The notes: a model not told the origin generated them from the letters alone. Numbered from the stretch's first letter, positions 28,461-38,841 are shown. The stretch is DNA of 64,000 nt from Candidatus Nanopelagicales bacterium (GCA_030830865.1 JAURME010000073.1:5427-69426), one strand, 5' to 3'. Program-made: numbers and translations.

Positions 28461-30320
28461 GTGAATCGCCGCGAAGATCTCCGCAACATCGCCATCATCG
28501 CCCACGTCGACCATGGCAAGACGACACTCGTCGATGCCATGCTGTGGCAGTCGGGCGCCTTCCGCGCCAACCAGGACGTCGACGACCGCGTGATGGACTC
28601 GATGGACCTCGAGCGTGAGAAGGGCATCACGATCCTCGCGAAGAACACCTCCGTGAGGTATGTGGGGCCCGCGGCGCCCGAGGGCGGCGTGACGTTCAAC
28701 ATCATCGACACCCCCGGCCACGCGGACTTCGGCGGCGAGGTCGAGCGCGGCCTGGAGATGGTCGACGGCGTCGTCCTGCTCGTCGACGCCTCCGAGGGAC
28801 CATTGCCGCAGACGCGGTTCGTCCTGCGCAAGGCGCTCGCCAAGAAGCTTCCCGTCGTCCTCGTCATCAACAAGGTGGACCGGCCGGACTCCCGGATCGA
28901 GGAGGTGGTCGACGAGGCCTACGAGCTCTTCCTCGACCTCGACGCGACCGACGACCAGATCGACTTCCCGATCGTCTACACCAGCGCCAAGGCCGGACGG
29001 GCCTCACTGGAGCGCCCCACTGACGGCGGTATGCCGGCAGAGGAGAACCTCGAACCGCTGTTCGCCACGCTGCTGGAGACCATCCCGGCACCCTCGTACG
29101 ACGAGGCCAAGCCGCTTCAGGCGCACGTGACGAACCTCGATGCATCGCCGTACCTCGGGCGTCTGGCACTCTGCCGCGTCCACCAGGGCACGATCCGCAA
29201 GGGTCAGCAGGTCGCCTGGATCAAGCAGGACGGCTCGGTCGAGCGGGCCAAGGTCGTCGAGCTCCTCATGACCGAGGCCCTTGAGCGCGTGCCCGTGGCT
29301 GAGGCCGGCCCAGGCGACATCATCGCCGTAGCGGGAATCCCCGAGATCACGATCGGTGAGACCCTCGCCGACCCGGAGAACCCGGTCGCACTCCCCGTCA
29401 TCACCGTCGACGAGCCGTCGATCTCGATGACGATCGGCATCAACACGTCTCCGCTCTCCGGGCGCAGCGGGGGCACCAAGCTGACCGCGAGCATGGTGAA
29501 GGGACGGCTGGATGCCGAGCTGATCGGCAACGTGTCGATTCGGGTACTGCCGACCGAGCGCCCCGACACCTGGGAGGTGCAGGGCCGTGGTGAACTGCAG
29601 CTCGCCGTGCTCGTGGAGATGATGAAGCGTGAGGGCTTCGAGCTCACCGTGGGCAAGCCGCAGGTCGTCACGCGCATGATCGACGGCAAGCTCAACGAGC
29701 CGGTCGAGCGCCTCAGTGTCGACATCCCGGAGGACTATCTCGGCGTCGTCACGCAGCTCATGGCGCTGCGCAAGGGGCGCATGGAGCAGATGATCAACCA
29801 CGGCACGGGCTGGGTGCGCATGGAGTACCTGGTGCCGGCACGCGGCATGATCGGCTTCCGCACCGAGTTCCTCACCGAGACCCGCGGCACCGGACTTCTG
29901 CACCACGTCTTCGACCGCTACGAGCCCTGGCATGGGGAGCTTCGCACCCGTCCCACGGGCTCACTCGTCGCGGATCGTGCCGGGCCCACGACCGGCTTCG
30001 CGCTGGCGAACCTGCAGGAGCGCGGCACGATGTTCGTCGGTCCGGGCACCGAGGTGTACGAGGGCATGATCGTCGGAGAGAACTCCCGGTCCGATGACAT
30101 GGACGTCAACCCGACCAAGGAGAAGAAGCTCACCAACATGCGCCAGTCGTCCGGCGACGTCCTTGTGCCGCTCATCCCGCACAAGCAGCTCTCGCTCGAG
30201 CAGGCGCTGGAGTTCTGCCGCGAGGACGAGTGCGTCGAGGTCACGCCCTCTGCGGTGCGCATGCGCAAGGTGCTGCTCTCGCAGACCGATCGTGTCAAGG
30301 CCGGTCGCAAGAAGGGCTGA
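28461..30320 (+). CDS. typA: Translational GTPase TypA/BipA
   Basis: [34 protein letters not shown]-motifs. 619 aa. Confidence 0.93.
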   Translation: MNRREDLRNIAIIAHVDHGKTTLVDAMLWQSGAFRANQDVDDRVMDSMDLEREKGITILAKNTSVRYVGPAAPEGGVTFNIIDTPGHADFGGEVERGLEMVDGVVLLVDASEGPLPQTRFVLRKALAKKLPVVLVINKVDRPDSRIEEVVDEAYELFLDLDATDDQIDFPIVYTSAKAGRASLERPTDGGMPAEENLEPLFATLLETIPAPSYDEAKPLQAHVTNLDASPYLGRLALCRVHQGTIRKGQQVAWIKQDGSVERAKVVELLMTEALERVPVAEAGPGDIIAVAGIPEITIGETLADPENPVALPVITVDEPSISMTIGINTSPLSGRSGGTKLTASMVKGRLDAELIGNVSIRVLPTERPDTWEVQGRGELQLAVLVEMMKREGFELTVGKPQVVTRMIDGKLNEPVERLSVDIPEDYLGVVTQLMALRKGRMEQMINHGTGWVRMEYLVPARGMIGFRTEFLTETRGTGLLHHVFDRYEPWHGELRTRPTGSLVADRAGPTTGFALANLQERGTMFVGPGTEVYEGMIVGENSRSDDMDVNPTKEKKLTNMRQSSGDVLVPLIPHKQLSLEQALEFCREDECVEVTPSAVRMRKVLLSQTDRVKAGRKKG

Positions 30321-30367
30321 CCCTCACCGTTCCCGACGCCCTCTCAGATGGCGGGGTCCTCGACGCC

Positions 30368-32479
30368 TCAACAGCTCAGGTGAGTGCGGAGGAAGTCGAC
30401 CTCCAGACGCAGCAGGTTCTCGGCGACGACCTCCTGCGGAGTCATGTGGGTGACCCCGCTCAGCGGCAGCAGCGTGTGCGGTCGGCCCGCAGCGAGGAGG
30501 GCACCGGACAGCTGGAGTGAGTGGGCCGCCAGCACGTTGTCGTCGGCCAGCCCATGGATCATCATCAGCGGACGCTCGAGCCGCTCTGCCCGGGTGAGGA
30601 GGCTCGTCCGCCCGTATGCATCAGGATTCTCCTCGGGTGTCCCGAGATAGCGCTCGGTGTACGCGGTGTCGTACAGCGCCCAGTCCGTGACCGGAGCGCC
30701 GGCGACCGCGGCGTGGAAGACATCGGGGCGCTCGAGGACGGCCAACGCGGCGAGATAGCCACCGAAGGACCATCCCGTGATGCCCACGCGTGACATGTCC
30801 AGGTCCGGGTAGATGCCCCCCAGGGCCTTCAGCGCATCCACCTGGTCCTGGAGCACCTGCGTCGCGAGGTCTCCGTGCACCTCGAACTCGAAGGCCGGCC
30901 CCCGACCGGGTGTCCCCGCACCGTCGACGACGACGACGGCGAAGCCCTGGTCGGCGAACCACTGATCGGACGCGTAGGCCCCGGCGGCGTGAATCACCCG
31001 CGCGTGGTGCGGCCCGCCGTAAGGCGCCATCACCACCGGCAGCGGCGTGCCGGCCACGTGATCGGTCGGCAGCAGCACCGCGCACGCCAGGTCGCGCGCG
31101 CCGACCCGGTGGTAGGCGGGGCGCGGGGTGACGACGGGGATCTCGGCGTTCGACGGCACCATCCCACGTGCGTCGGCCAGGGTGACGCGGATCGTCGTGC
31201 CGAGCCGGTCCGGCTCGGTGGAGGCGATGACCAGGCCACCGGCGCCCCCGGCGGCCGAGTGGATGCCTGGTGCGTCGTCGATGGCCTCGACCTGGCCGTC
31301 GTCCAGGAGGCGATAGACGCCCTGGTCCATCGGATCGGCCTGCGCGGTGAACAGCACCGGGTCACTGGACACCAGTTCGGTGACCTGGAGTGTGGGCGGG
31401 GTGACGAGCTCGCCGTCACGCGTGAGCCGGAAGGCATCGGCGGAGGTGTCGGCCACGATCTCCCACAGATGTCCGTCGGCATCGTGACGGGGAACGCCCG
31501 ACTGCATGGTCACCCACGGTTCGGTGACCCGTTCGGACAGCACGGTCGTGGCGCCGTCGGAGGTGACGGACAGGATCAGCTGCCTCTTCTGGTCACGGGA
31601 GAGGACGCTGATCACCGCCGCCGTGCCGTGCGGATCGGCATGCACGGTCGCGAGGTAGGGGTGGGCGTCGTGGTCCCAGTCCACCTCCACAGCCTCGCCG
31701 TCCAGTGGAAGGACGAACAGGTCGGCGCGCGGGTTCGGTGTCCCGGCCGCCGGATAACGGTGCGGGTGCGGCTCGCTCTCCGGGTTCGCGGGATCGCCGA
31801 TCCAGCGGACGTCGACGGGCGACTCGTCGTACCGCTCGGCCAGGACTGCGGAGCCGTCCGCCAGCCACCACAGTCCACGGGTGCGCTCGAGTTCCTCTGC
31901 AGCCACGAAGTCCGCGAGCCCCCACGCCTGGGTCTCAGAATCCGGAGCGGCCAGGCATCGGGCCTCGTCGCCATCCACCTTCACGACATGCACACCCCGC
32001 CCGGACACGAAGGCGACGTGGCTCCCGTCCGGCGATATCCGCGGGTCGACGACGGGGCCGGGGGAGGGCAGATACGTCGGCTGTGGTGCGGGATCGTCCA
32101 GGCTCACGGTCACGAGAACCCCGTCGATCGCGAAGGCGGCCCGGCTGACGGCGCGGTCCGCCGTGTAGGCGGTGATGCCCGACGTCGTCTCGCGCATGCG
32201 CTCGCGTCGCGCCCGCTCCTCGGCCGGCAGGTCCGCGCCGGCAACGGCGATCGATGCGGCGTCGACCACGCATCGCTCGACGAGGCCTCCGCTGGTATCA
32301 GGCTCAGCGACCCACAGGGAGCCGCGGGGATCCCGGCCGCCGGAGCTCCGGATGAACACGACGCGGCAGCCGTCGGGCGCGATCGTGAAGGCCCGCGGCT
32401 GGCCCAGCCGGAAGCGTCGGGTCAGCGCCTCCTGACGGGGGTAGGGGAGCACCTGCTCGCGGGCATCGTCCGTCGTCAC
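30368..32479 (-). CDS. S9 family serine peptidase (prolyl oligopeptidase/DPP-like)
   Basis: Beta-propeller N-terminal part. GWSFGGY nucleophile elbow, GLADDNV, and His in GVTHM. GTG 32479 chosen because the upstream part of the ORF is antisense to mshB. Confidence 0.8.
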   Translation of the reverse strand: MTTDDAREQVLPYPRQEALTRRFRLGQPRAFTIAPDGCRVVFIRSSGGRDPRGSLWVAEPDTSGGLVERCVVDAASIAVAGADLPAEERARRERMRETTSGITAYTADRAVSRAAFAIDGVLVTVSLDDPAPQPTYLPSPGPVVDPRISPDGSHVAFVSGRGVHVVKVDGDEARCLAAPDSETQAWGLADFVAAEELERTRGLWWLADGSAVLAERYDESPVDVRWIGDPANPESEPHPHRYPAAGTPNPRADLFVLPLDGEAVEVDWDHDAHPYLATVHADPHGTAAVISVLSRDQKRQLILSVTSDGATTVLSERVTEPWVTMQSGVPRHDADGHLWEIVADTSADAFRLTRDGELVTPPTLQVTELVSSDPVLFTAQADPMDQGVYRLLDDGQVEAIDDAPGIHSAAGGAGGLVIASTEPDRLGTTIRVTLADARGMVPSNAEIPVVTPRPAYHRVGARDLACAVLLPTDHVAGTPLPVVMAPYGGPHHARVIHAAGAYASDQWFADQGFAVVVVDGAGTPGRGPAFEFEVHGDLATQVLQDQVDALKALGGIYPDLDMSRVGITGWSFGGYLAALAVLERPDVFHAAVAGAPVTDWALYDTAYTERYLGTPEENPDAYGRTSLLTRAERLERPLMMIHGLADDNVLAAHSLQLSGALLAAGRPHTLLPLSGVTHMTPQEVVAENLLRLEVDFLRTHLSC

Positions 32480-32488
32480 CCGGCGATC

Positions 32489-33445
32489 ATGGCACCTGAG
32501 CCGGCTACGCTGCCCGACGTGTCCTCCACTCCCACATCGACCGCGCCCACCGTCACGGCTGACCGCCGCCTGCTCCTCGTTCATGCTCATCCCGATGACG
32601 AGTGCATCGGCACGGGCGCGACCATGGCGCGCTACGTCGACGAGGGGGTGCACGTCACCCTCGTGACCTGCACGCTAGGAGAGGAGGGCGAGGTCCTGCT
32701 GCCTGAGTTGGCGCACCTGGCTTCCGATCAGGAGGACGCGCTGGGTGCCCACCGGCTCACCGAGCTCGCCGCCGCGATGGCCGAACTCGGCGTGACCGAC
32801 TTCCGACTGCTCGGCGGCCCGGGACGGTTCCGTGACTCCGGGATGATCGGTACGCCTCCCAATGAACGCCCGGACTCGTTCTGGCGCACGGACCTGCTGA
32901 CGGCGGCGGCCGAGCTCGTGCCGGTGATCCGTGAGGTGCGCCCCCAGGTCGTCGTCACCTACGACGACTTCGGCGGCTACGGTCACCCGGACCACATCCA
33001 GGCCCACCGGGTGACGCACTACGCGTTGGCGCTGGCGGCGAGCCCGACCTTCCGTCCCGACCTCGGCGATGCATGGACCGTGGACAAGGTCTACTGGACG
33101 GCCTTCCCGCGCAGCATCGTCGTCGCGGGGATCGAGGCGATGAGGGCGCAGGGCATCGACGACGGCTTCGCTGAGATGGACCCCGATGACCTGCCGTTCG
33201 CCTGCGACGACGCCCTCGTGACGACGGCGATCGCGGCGCCGGCATACCTGGAGCGCAAGATGGCCGCCCTTCGCGCCCATGGCACCCAGGTCACCGTCGA
33301 CGGGGGCTTCTTCGCGCTGGCCGACAACGTGGGGGCGGAGGCCTTCGGCACGGAGTACTACCGGCTGGCGGCCGGGTTGCGTGGTGACGTGGACGACACT
33401 GGTCGGGAGACCGACCTGTTCTCCGGCATCCGGGCGACCGGGTAA
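32489..33445 (+). CDS. mshB: N-acetyl-1-D-myo-inositol-2-amino-2-deoxy-alpha-D-glucopyranoside deacetylase
   Basis: LmbE-family RLLLVHAHPDDECIGTGATMA...TCTLGEEGEV...GYGHPDHI. Size and context fit MshB. GTG 32519 is an alternative start. Confidence 0.85.
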   Translation: MAPEPATLPDVSSTPTSTAPTVTADRRLLLVHAHPDDECIGTGATMARYVDEGVHVTLVTCTLGEEGEVLLPELAHLASDQEDALGAHRLTELAAAMAELGVTDFRLLGGPGRFRDSGMIGTPPNERPDSFWRTDLLTAAAELVPVIREVRPQVVVTYDDFGGYGHPDHIQAHRVTHYALALAASPTFRPDLGDAWTVDKVYWTAFPRSIVVAGIEAMRAQGIDDGFAEMDPDDLPFACDDALVTTAIAAPAYLERKMAALRAHGTQVTVDGGFFALADNVGAEAFGTEYYRLAAGLRGDVDDTGRETDLFSGIRATG

Positions 33446-33449
33446 CCGG

Positions 33450-33863
33450 GTGACCGAGCCGCCATCGGATGCTTCACAGCGTTCGCGCCGGCCATGGGGG
33501 ATCATCGCGCTGCTCCTCCCCGCGGGCGCGGTGCTGGGGATCGCCGGGGCCTTCGTGCAGGCGCACCGGGGAGTGGTCGAGGCGCCGTGGGGGGTCGTGG
33601 TGGTGCCGTGGGGCGTGCCTTTGGTCTGGCTGGCCCTGCTGGCCGGGATCCGTGGGGGGGCGTGGCTCGTGCGCACCCGTTGGGGGGCGTGGTCGGTCAT
33701 GCTCGGCTGGCTCGCAGCCACCGTAGTTCTCGCCGCGGAGAGCCCGTCCGGTGATCTCGTCCTCCCGGGGGGTGGGCGCCAGATGACCTACCTGCTGGGT
33801 GGGGTGATCCTCGCCTCTGCCGCCGCCAGCCTCCCCGTGCCGCGGAACCAGCCCGTGTCGTGA
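33450..33863 (+). CDS. DUF6113-like small membrane protein
   Basis: 4 TM segments. GTG 33450 lies just after the mshB stop. Partner position next to mshB as in other actinobacteria (from memory). Confidence 0.55.
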   Translation: MTEPPSDASQRSRRPWGIIALLLPAGAVLGIAGAFVQAHRGVVEAPWGVVVVPWGVPLVWLALLAGIRGGAWLVRTRWGAWSVMLGWLAATVVLAAESPSGDLVLPGGGRQMTYLLGGVILASAAASLPVPRNQPVS

Positions 33864-33999
33864 GTCGTCGGACCCGGTGGGCCTTGCGTAGCATCGTTGC
33901 CAAGCGCGCAGGAACCACGGGTGGGCCCGGTACGGGTGCCACCACGACCGGAACGACGACGAGAACATCGGGCCAACCGAGGGAAGGGGCGAGCGTCGC

Positions 34000-35901
34000 A
34001 TGACGTCCACCTCCCTGGCGTCTGGCCAGCGCAAGGCGGTCGTCATCGGCGCCGTGGTGGGAGCGGTCCTCATCGTCATCTATCTCGTTGCCGCGCTCTC
34101 GTCCGGCGACACCGCCCGGTCAGGGACCAAGGTCGGGCGCGTCGACATCGGCGGCCTCACCCAGGAGGAGGCGGTCGCCGCGGTTGAGCAGGTCTACGCA
34201 AAGCGGGCCTCGCGCGACATCAAGGTCGTCGCCGGTGACGTCACGGTCAAGGTCGACCCGGCTCAGGCCGGCCTCCGCCTCGACGTCGAGGCCTCCGTCG
34301 CTCCCGCATTCGGACGGAGCTGGAGCCCGATGAGCTTGCTGACGGCGCCGTTCTCCGGGCAGCAGCTCGACCTCATCGGCACGGTCAACGAGCTCGCGCT
34401 GGCCGCCGAGGTCGAGCAGCTCGCCGATGCCGTTGCCAAGGATCCCGTCGAGCCCAGCATCTCTGTCCGCGACGGAAAGGCCGGGCTGAGCGAGGGCTCC
34501 CCCGGTGTCACGCTGGACACGGAGGCGACGGCGGCAGCCGTGCGTCAGGCGTTCCTGGGCAAGCGGGTGCCGGTCGAAGCCGTGCTGGTCGAGACAGCAC
34601 CGACGATCTCTCCCGAGGCGGCACAGGCAGCGGTCGAGCTCGCCGACACGGCGACCTCCGCCCCCATCACCGTCGTTGCCGACACCGTGCGGGCGACCCT
34701 CAGCGGAGACGACATCGGCCGGGCTTTGAGCTTCTCGGTGCAGGGGGATCAGTTCGTGCCCTCGCTCAACGGAGCCAAGCTCCATCGTGCGATCCAGGAC
34801 GACCTGGCCGCCATCGAGACCGCGGGACGGGACGCGACGTTCAAGATCAAGGGAGGCACGCCCCGCGTCGTCAGCTCGAAGGTGGGCCGAGGCGTGGAGG
34901 ACGATGAGTTGGCAGCAGCCGTCGCGAGCGTCATGGGCAATCCGGCATCCGATCGCACCGTCACGGTCAGCGTCGGCGTCCGTGACCCCAAGGTGACCAC
35001 CGCGCAGGCCGTGGGACTGGGCATTCGGGAGAAACTGTCGAGCTTCACCCAGGACTACCCCTACGCGGCCTACCGGTCCCAGAACATCGGCCAGGCGGCC
35101 CAGCGGATCAACGGCACGCTGCTGATGCCGGGGGAGACCTTCTCCCTGAACGACACCATCCTCGAGCGCACCGTGGAGAACGGGTACACCGAGGGCTATG
35201 TCGTCGGTGTCGGTGGTGTGTTCCAGACGGACATGGGCGGCGGCGTCTCGACGTCCGCCACCGCCACGTGGACGGCGGCCTTCTTCGCCGGAATGGAGCG
35301 CATCCAGACCGTCGCGCACTCGATCTGGATCTCTCGCTATCAGGCCGGACTGGAGGCGACGGTCGCCTGGGGCATCTTCGACCTGAAGTTCCGCAACCCT
35401 TATTCGAATGCCGTCTACATCCAGGCGAAGACGACACCCACGTCGATCACCGTGGCGTTCTGGGGCACGCCGGAGTACGACAGGATCGAGGCGGAGTCCG
35501 GGCCCAAGACCAACATCGTCGAGTACAAGAAGGTCTACAACGAGTCCGAGGAATGCCGGGAGCAGGGCGGCATCGACGGTTTCAACATCGTCGTCGACCG
35601 GGTGTTCTACAAGGACGGTGTAGAGGTCAAGCGCGAACCGATCAGCACGCAGTACAAGGCCGCGCCGCAGGTCATCTGCGACAAGAAGCCCAAGAAGAAG
35701 AAGGACAAGGACGCGCAGCAGGACCAGCAGGCGGATGCGAACGGGGAGTTCGATCCAGACGCGTCGCCCTCTCCGGATGCCACCGACGAACCGCAGGCGG
35801 AGAAGCCCAAGAATGACGGCTCCTCACCGAGCGCCTCGGCCAAGCCGAGCAAGAAGGCGGACCCGGCTCCTGCCGGTGACCCCAACGAGTTCTCGAACTG
35901 A
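34000..35901 (+). CDS. VanW/YoaR-like protein with N-terminal TM anchor and Lys/Asp-rich tail
   Basis: VanW core ETFSLNDTILERT.ENGYTEGYVV...GGGVSTSATATWTAAFFAGME. Repeated PG-binding-like modules upstream. Confidence 0.8.
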   Translation: MTSTSLASGQRKAVVIGAVVGAVLIVIYLVAALSSGDTARSGTKVGRVDIGGLTQEEAVAAVEQVYAKRASRDIKVVAGDVTVKVDPAQAGLRLDVEASVAPAFGRSWSPMSLLTAPFSGQQLDLIGTVNELALAAEVEQLADAVAKDPVEPSISVRDGKAGLSEGSPGVTLDTEATAAAVRQAFLGKRVPVEAVLVETAPTISPEAAQAAVELADTATSAPITVVADTVRATLSGDDIGRALSFSVQGDQFVPSLNGAKLHRAIQDDLAAIETAGRDATFKIKGGTPRVVSSKVGRGVEDDELAAAVASVMGNPASDRTVTVSVGVRDPKVTTAQAVGLGIREKLSSFTQDYPYAAYRSQNIGQAAQRINGTLLMPGETFSLNDTILERTVENGYTEGYVVGVGGVFQTDMGGGVSTSATATWTAAFFAGMERIQTVAHSIWISRYQAGLEATVAWGIFDLKFRNPYSNAVYIQAKTTPTSITVAFWGTPEYDRIEAESGPKTNIVEYKKVYNESEECREQGGIDGFNIVVDRVFYKDGVEVKREPISTQYKAAPQVICDKKPKKKKDKDAQQDQQADANGEFDPDASPSPDATDEPQAEKPKNDGSSPSASAKPSKKADPAPAGDPNEFSN

Positions 35902-36038
35902 CCGGACGGGTCCATGGGCCGGCGGGATCGCCTCACGACATGGTGGATCTGACAGCGACTCTGGGTCGAACCTTGTGTAAGTTGTGGGCGTCATGAGCAT
36001 CCCGTCCTCGGAAGAGGGCTGACCAACCGGAGGACCAG

Positions 36039-36365
36039 GTGACCTACGTCATCGCATTTCCCTGTGTGGATCTGAAGGACAGGGCTTGCATCGAGGAGTG
36101 CCCCGTCGACTGCATCTACGAGGGCGAGCGGATGCTCTACATCCAGCCCGACGAGTGCGTGGACTGCGGCGCCTGCGAGCCGGTCTGCCCGGTCGAGGCC
36201 ATCTACTACGAGGACGACGTGCCTGCGGAGTGGAGCGACTACACCGCGGCGAATGCCGAGTTCTTCGCCGAGCTCGGCTCGCCGGGTGGGGCCGCGAAGC
36301 TGGGTGCCCAGGACTTCGACGCTCCGCTGCTGGCCAGCGTGCCGCCGCAGGAGCACGACCACTGA
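36039..36365 (+). CDS. fdxA: 7Fe ferredoxin
   Basis: MTYVIAFPCVDLKDRACIEECPVDCIYEGERMLYIQPDECVDCGACEPVCPVEAI. Confidence 0.92.
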   Translation: MTYVIAFPCVDLKDRACIEECPVDCIYEGERMLYIQPDECVDCGACEPVCPVEAIYYEDDVPAEWSDYTAANAEFFAELGSPGGAAKLGAQDFDAPLLASVPPQEHDH

Positions 36366-37435
36366 ACGCACTTCCGGACTTCCCCTGGGACACGCTGGCC
36401 CCGCTGGCCGATTTGGCCCGGTCCCATCCCGGGGGCGTCGTCGACCTCTCCGTCGGGACGCCGGTCGACCCCACGCCTGGTCTCGTCCAGGAGGCGTTGC
36501 GCTCGGCGAGTGACGCCCCCGGCTACCCGACGACGGCCGGACGTGAGGAGACGAGGGCTGCGTGCTCGCGTTGGTTCAGTCGGACGCTCGGTGCCGACGT
36601 CCCGACTTCGGCCGTCATCCCGACCATCGGCAGCAAGGAAATGGTCGCCGGCCTGCCCCGGCTCCTGGGTCTCGGGCCGGGGTCACGGGTCGTCATCCCG
36701 ACCATCGCCTATCCGACCTACGCGGTGGGAGGCGTCCTCGCCGGGGCCGAGGTCATCGCGACGGACCAGCCCGAGGAGGTCGCGGACGTCGATCTCGTCT
36801 GGCTGAACTCCCCGAGCAACCCGACCGGAGCGGTGGCACCCGCGGAGCGCCTTCGGCAGATCGTCGCCTGGGCTCGGGAGACGCAGACCGTCATCGCGTC
36901 GGATGAGTGCTACATCGAGCTCGGCTGGGATGCCCAGCCGGTGTCCGTGCTGCACCCTTCCGTGAGCGGAGGATCGCTCGACGGTCTGCTGGCTCTGCAC
37001 TCGCTGTCGAAGCGCTCCAATCTCGCCGGATATCGGTTCGGCTTCCTTGCGGGGGACGAAGCACTCGTGCGCGACATCCTGCTGGTGCGCAAGCACTCCG
37101 GCATGATGATTCCCACCCCGATCCAGGTCGCCGCCGCGGCTGCGTTGGACGACGACGTCCACGTCGCGGAGCAGAAGGAGCGATACGGCCGCCGGCGAGC
37201 GATGCTGGCCGAGGCGGTGACGGCTGCCGGCTTCAGGATCGACCACAGCGAGGCCGGCCTCTACCTGTGGATCACCCGCGGCGAGCCGTGCTGGGACACT
37301 GTCCGCTGGTTCGCAGAGCGCGGCATCGTCGTCACGCCCGGTGACTTCTACGGACCGGCGGGTGCCCAGCATGTCCGGGTGGCCCTGACGGCCACCGACA
37401 CCGATGTCGAGCAGGTCGCCGACCGGCTCGCCTGA
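36362..37435 (+). CDS. dapC: Succinyldiaminopimelate transaminase
   Basis: LPDFPWDTLAPL...HPGGVVDLSVGTPVDPTP and the PLP Lys region SLSKRSNLAGYR. Start uncertain: the only nearby in-frame candidate is CTG 36362, overlapping the fdxA TGA. Confidence 0.8.
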   Translation: MNALPDFPWDTLAPLADLARSHPGGVVDLSVGTPVDPTPGLVQEALRSASDAPGYPTTAGREETRAACSRWFSRTLGADVPTSAVIPTIGSKEMVAGLPRLLGLGPGSRVVIPTIAYPTYAVGGVLAGAEVIATDQPEEVADVDLVWLNSPSNPTGAVAPAERLRQIVAWARETQTVIASDECYIELGWDAQPVSVLHPSVSGGSLDGLLALHSLSKRSNLAGYRFGFLAGDEALVRDILLVRKHSGMMIPTPIQVAAAAALDDDVHVAEQKERYGRRRAMLAEAVTAAGFRIDHSEAGLYLWITRGEPCWDTVRWFAERGIVVTPGDFYGPAGAQHVRVALTATDTDVEQVADRLA

Positions 37436-37500
37436 CGGCCCGGCCGTCGGCGGGGTTCGATTGCCCGATGTCCGATGGCCTCCCACGCCCCCTCACGGTT

Positions 37501-37530
37501 CCGCGAGCCTGCGCCTCGGTAGGCTCGCGG
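37501..37530 (+). terminator. 9-bp-stem hairpin between dapC and gltA
   Basis: CCGCGAGCC-12 nt-GGCTCGCGG, immediately followed by CAGGAGG and a T-rich stretch before the gltA GTG (37544). Could be the dapC terminator or a gltA 5'-UTR structure. Confidence 0.4.
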
Positions 37531-37543
37531 CAGGAGGTTTCTT

Positions 37544-38827
37544 GTGTCTGACTACAGCTTGACGTATCCCGGAGGGGTGCTCGACCTGCCCGAGGTGGAT
37601 GCGACCGTCGGTGAGTCGGGGATCAACATCGGTCCGCTGCTGAAGACCACGGGGCACGTGACGCTCGACCACGGCTTCATGAACACGGCCGCGTGCACAT
37701 CATCGATCACGTACATCGACGGCGAGGCCGGGATCCTGCGCTACCGCGGCTACCCGATCGAGCAGCTGGCCGAGCAGTCGAGCTTCCTCGAGTCCGCCTA
37801 CCTCCTGATCTACGGAGCGCTGCCGTCCGACGACGAGCTGGCGGACTTCAAGGGACGCATCCGCATGCACACGATGCTGCACGAGGACCTCCGGCGGTTC
37901 TTCGACGGGTTTCCGCGGGACGCCCACCCCATGGCGGTGCTCTCGTCCGCGGTGTCGGCCCTGTCGACCTTCTACCAGGACTCCCTCGACCCGTTCGACG
38001 CCCGACAGGTTGAAATCTCCACGATCCGCCTCCTGGCCAAGGTGCCGACGATCGCGGCCTATGCGCACAAGAAGGCCGTCGGTCAGCCGTTCATGTACCC
38101 GGACAACTCCCTGGGCTTCATCGACAACTTCCTGCGGATGACCTTCGGGGTCCCCGCGGAGTCCTACGAGGTCAATCCGGTGCTGTCCAAGGCACTGAAC
38201 CAGCTCCTCCTGCTGCACGCCGACCACGAGCAGAACTGCTCCACCTCCACGGTGCGCCTCGTCGGCTCGTCCCACGCGAACCTGTTCGCCTCGGTCTCCG
38301 CCGGCATCAATGCCCTGTTCGGCCCTCTTCACGGCGGAGCCAATCAGGCCGTCATGGAGATGCTCGCGCACATCCAGGCCCAGGGCGGCGGTGTCAACAC
38401 GTTCATCCGGCAGGTGAAGGACCGCGAGGATGGCGTGAAGCTGATGGGCTTCGGGCACCGGGTCTACAAGAACTATGACCCCCGTGCGGCCATCGTGAAG
38501 AAGACCGCCCACGACGTCTTCGCACAGCTTGGCGTGAGCGATCCGCTGCTCGATATCGCCCTGCGTCTGGAGGAGGTCGCCCTGAATGACGACTTCTTCA
38601 TCTCCCGCAAGCTCTACCCGAACGTGGACTTCTACACGGGCCTGATCTACAAGGCGATGGGCTTCCCGACGGAGATGTTCACGGTGCTGTTCGCCCTCGG
38701 TCGTCTCCCCGGCTGGATCGCCCAGTGGCGCGAGATGATCTCCGACCCGGACACCAAGATCGGCCGCCCGCGGCAGGTCTACATCGGCGCCCCGTTGCGC
38801 GACTACGTCCCGATGGCCGACCGCTAG
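37544..38827 (+). CDS. gltA: Citrate synthase
   Basis: 427 aa with GILRYRGYPIEQLAE, LLLHADHEQNCSTSTVR, MGFGHRVYKNYDPRA. Confidence 0.93.
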   Translation: MSDYSLTYPGGVLDLPEVDATVGESGINIGPLLKTTGHVTLDHGFMNTAACTSSITYIDGEAGILRYRGYPIEQLAEQSSFLESAYLLIYGALPSDDELADFKGRIRMHTMLHEDLRRFFDGFPRDAHPMAVLSSAVSALSTFYQDSLDPFDARQVEISTIRLLAKVPTIAAYAHKKAVGQPFMYPDNSLGFIDNFLRMTFGVPAESYEVNPVLSKALNQLLLLHADHEQNCSTSTVRLVGSSHANLFASVSAGINALFGPLHGGANQAVMEMLAHIQAQGGGVNTFIRQVKDREDGVKLMGFGHRVYKNYDPRAAIVKKTAHDVFAQLGVSDPLLDIALRLEEVALNDDFFISRKLYPNVDFYTGLIYKAMGFPTEMFTVLFALGRLPGWIAQWREMISDPDTKIGRPRQVYIGAPLRDYVPMADR

Positions 38828-38841
38828 GCCTCACGACCTTC

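Noticed and set aside
36086-36361. Long N-terminal extension of dapC through fdxA (track ORF 36086-37435)
   Set aside because: The extension is an Arg-rich alternative reading of the ferredoxin gene, and the homologous DapC N-terminus starts only ~4 codons before LPDFPWD. Kept only as an alternative in the finding on the dapC start.
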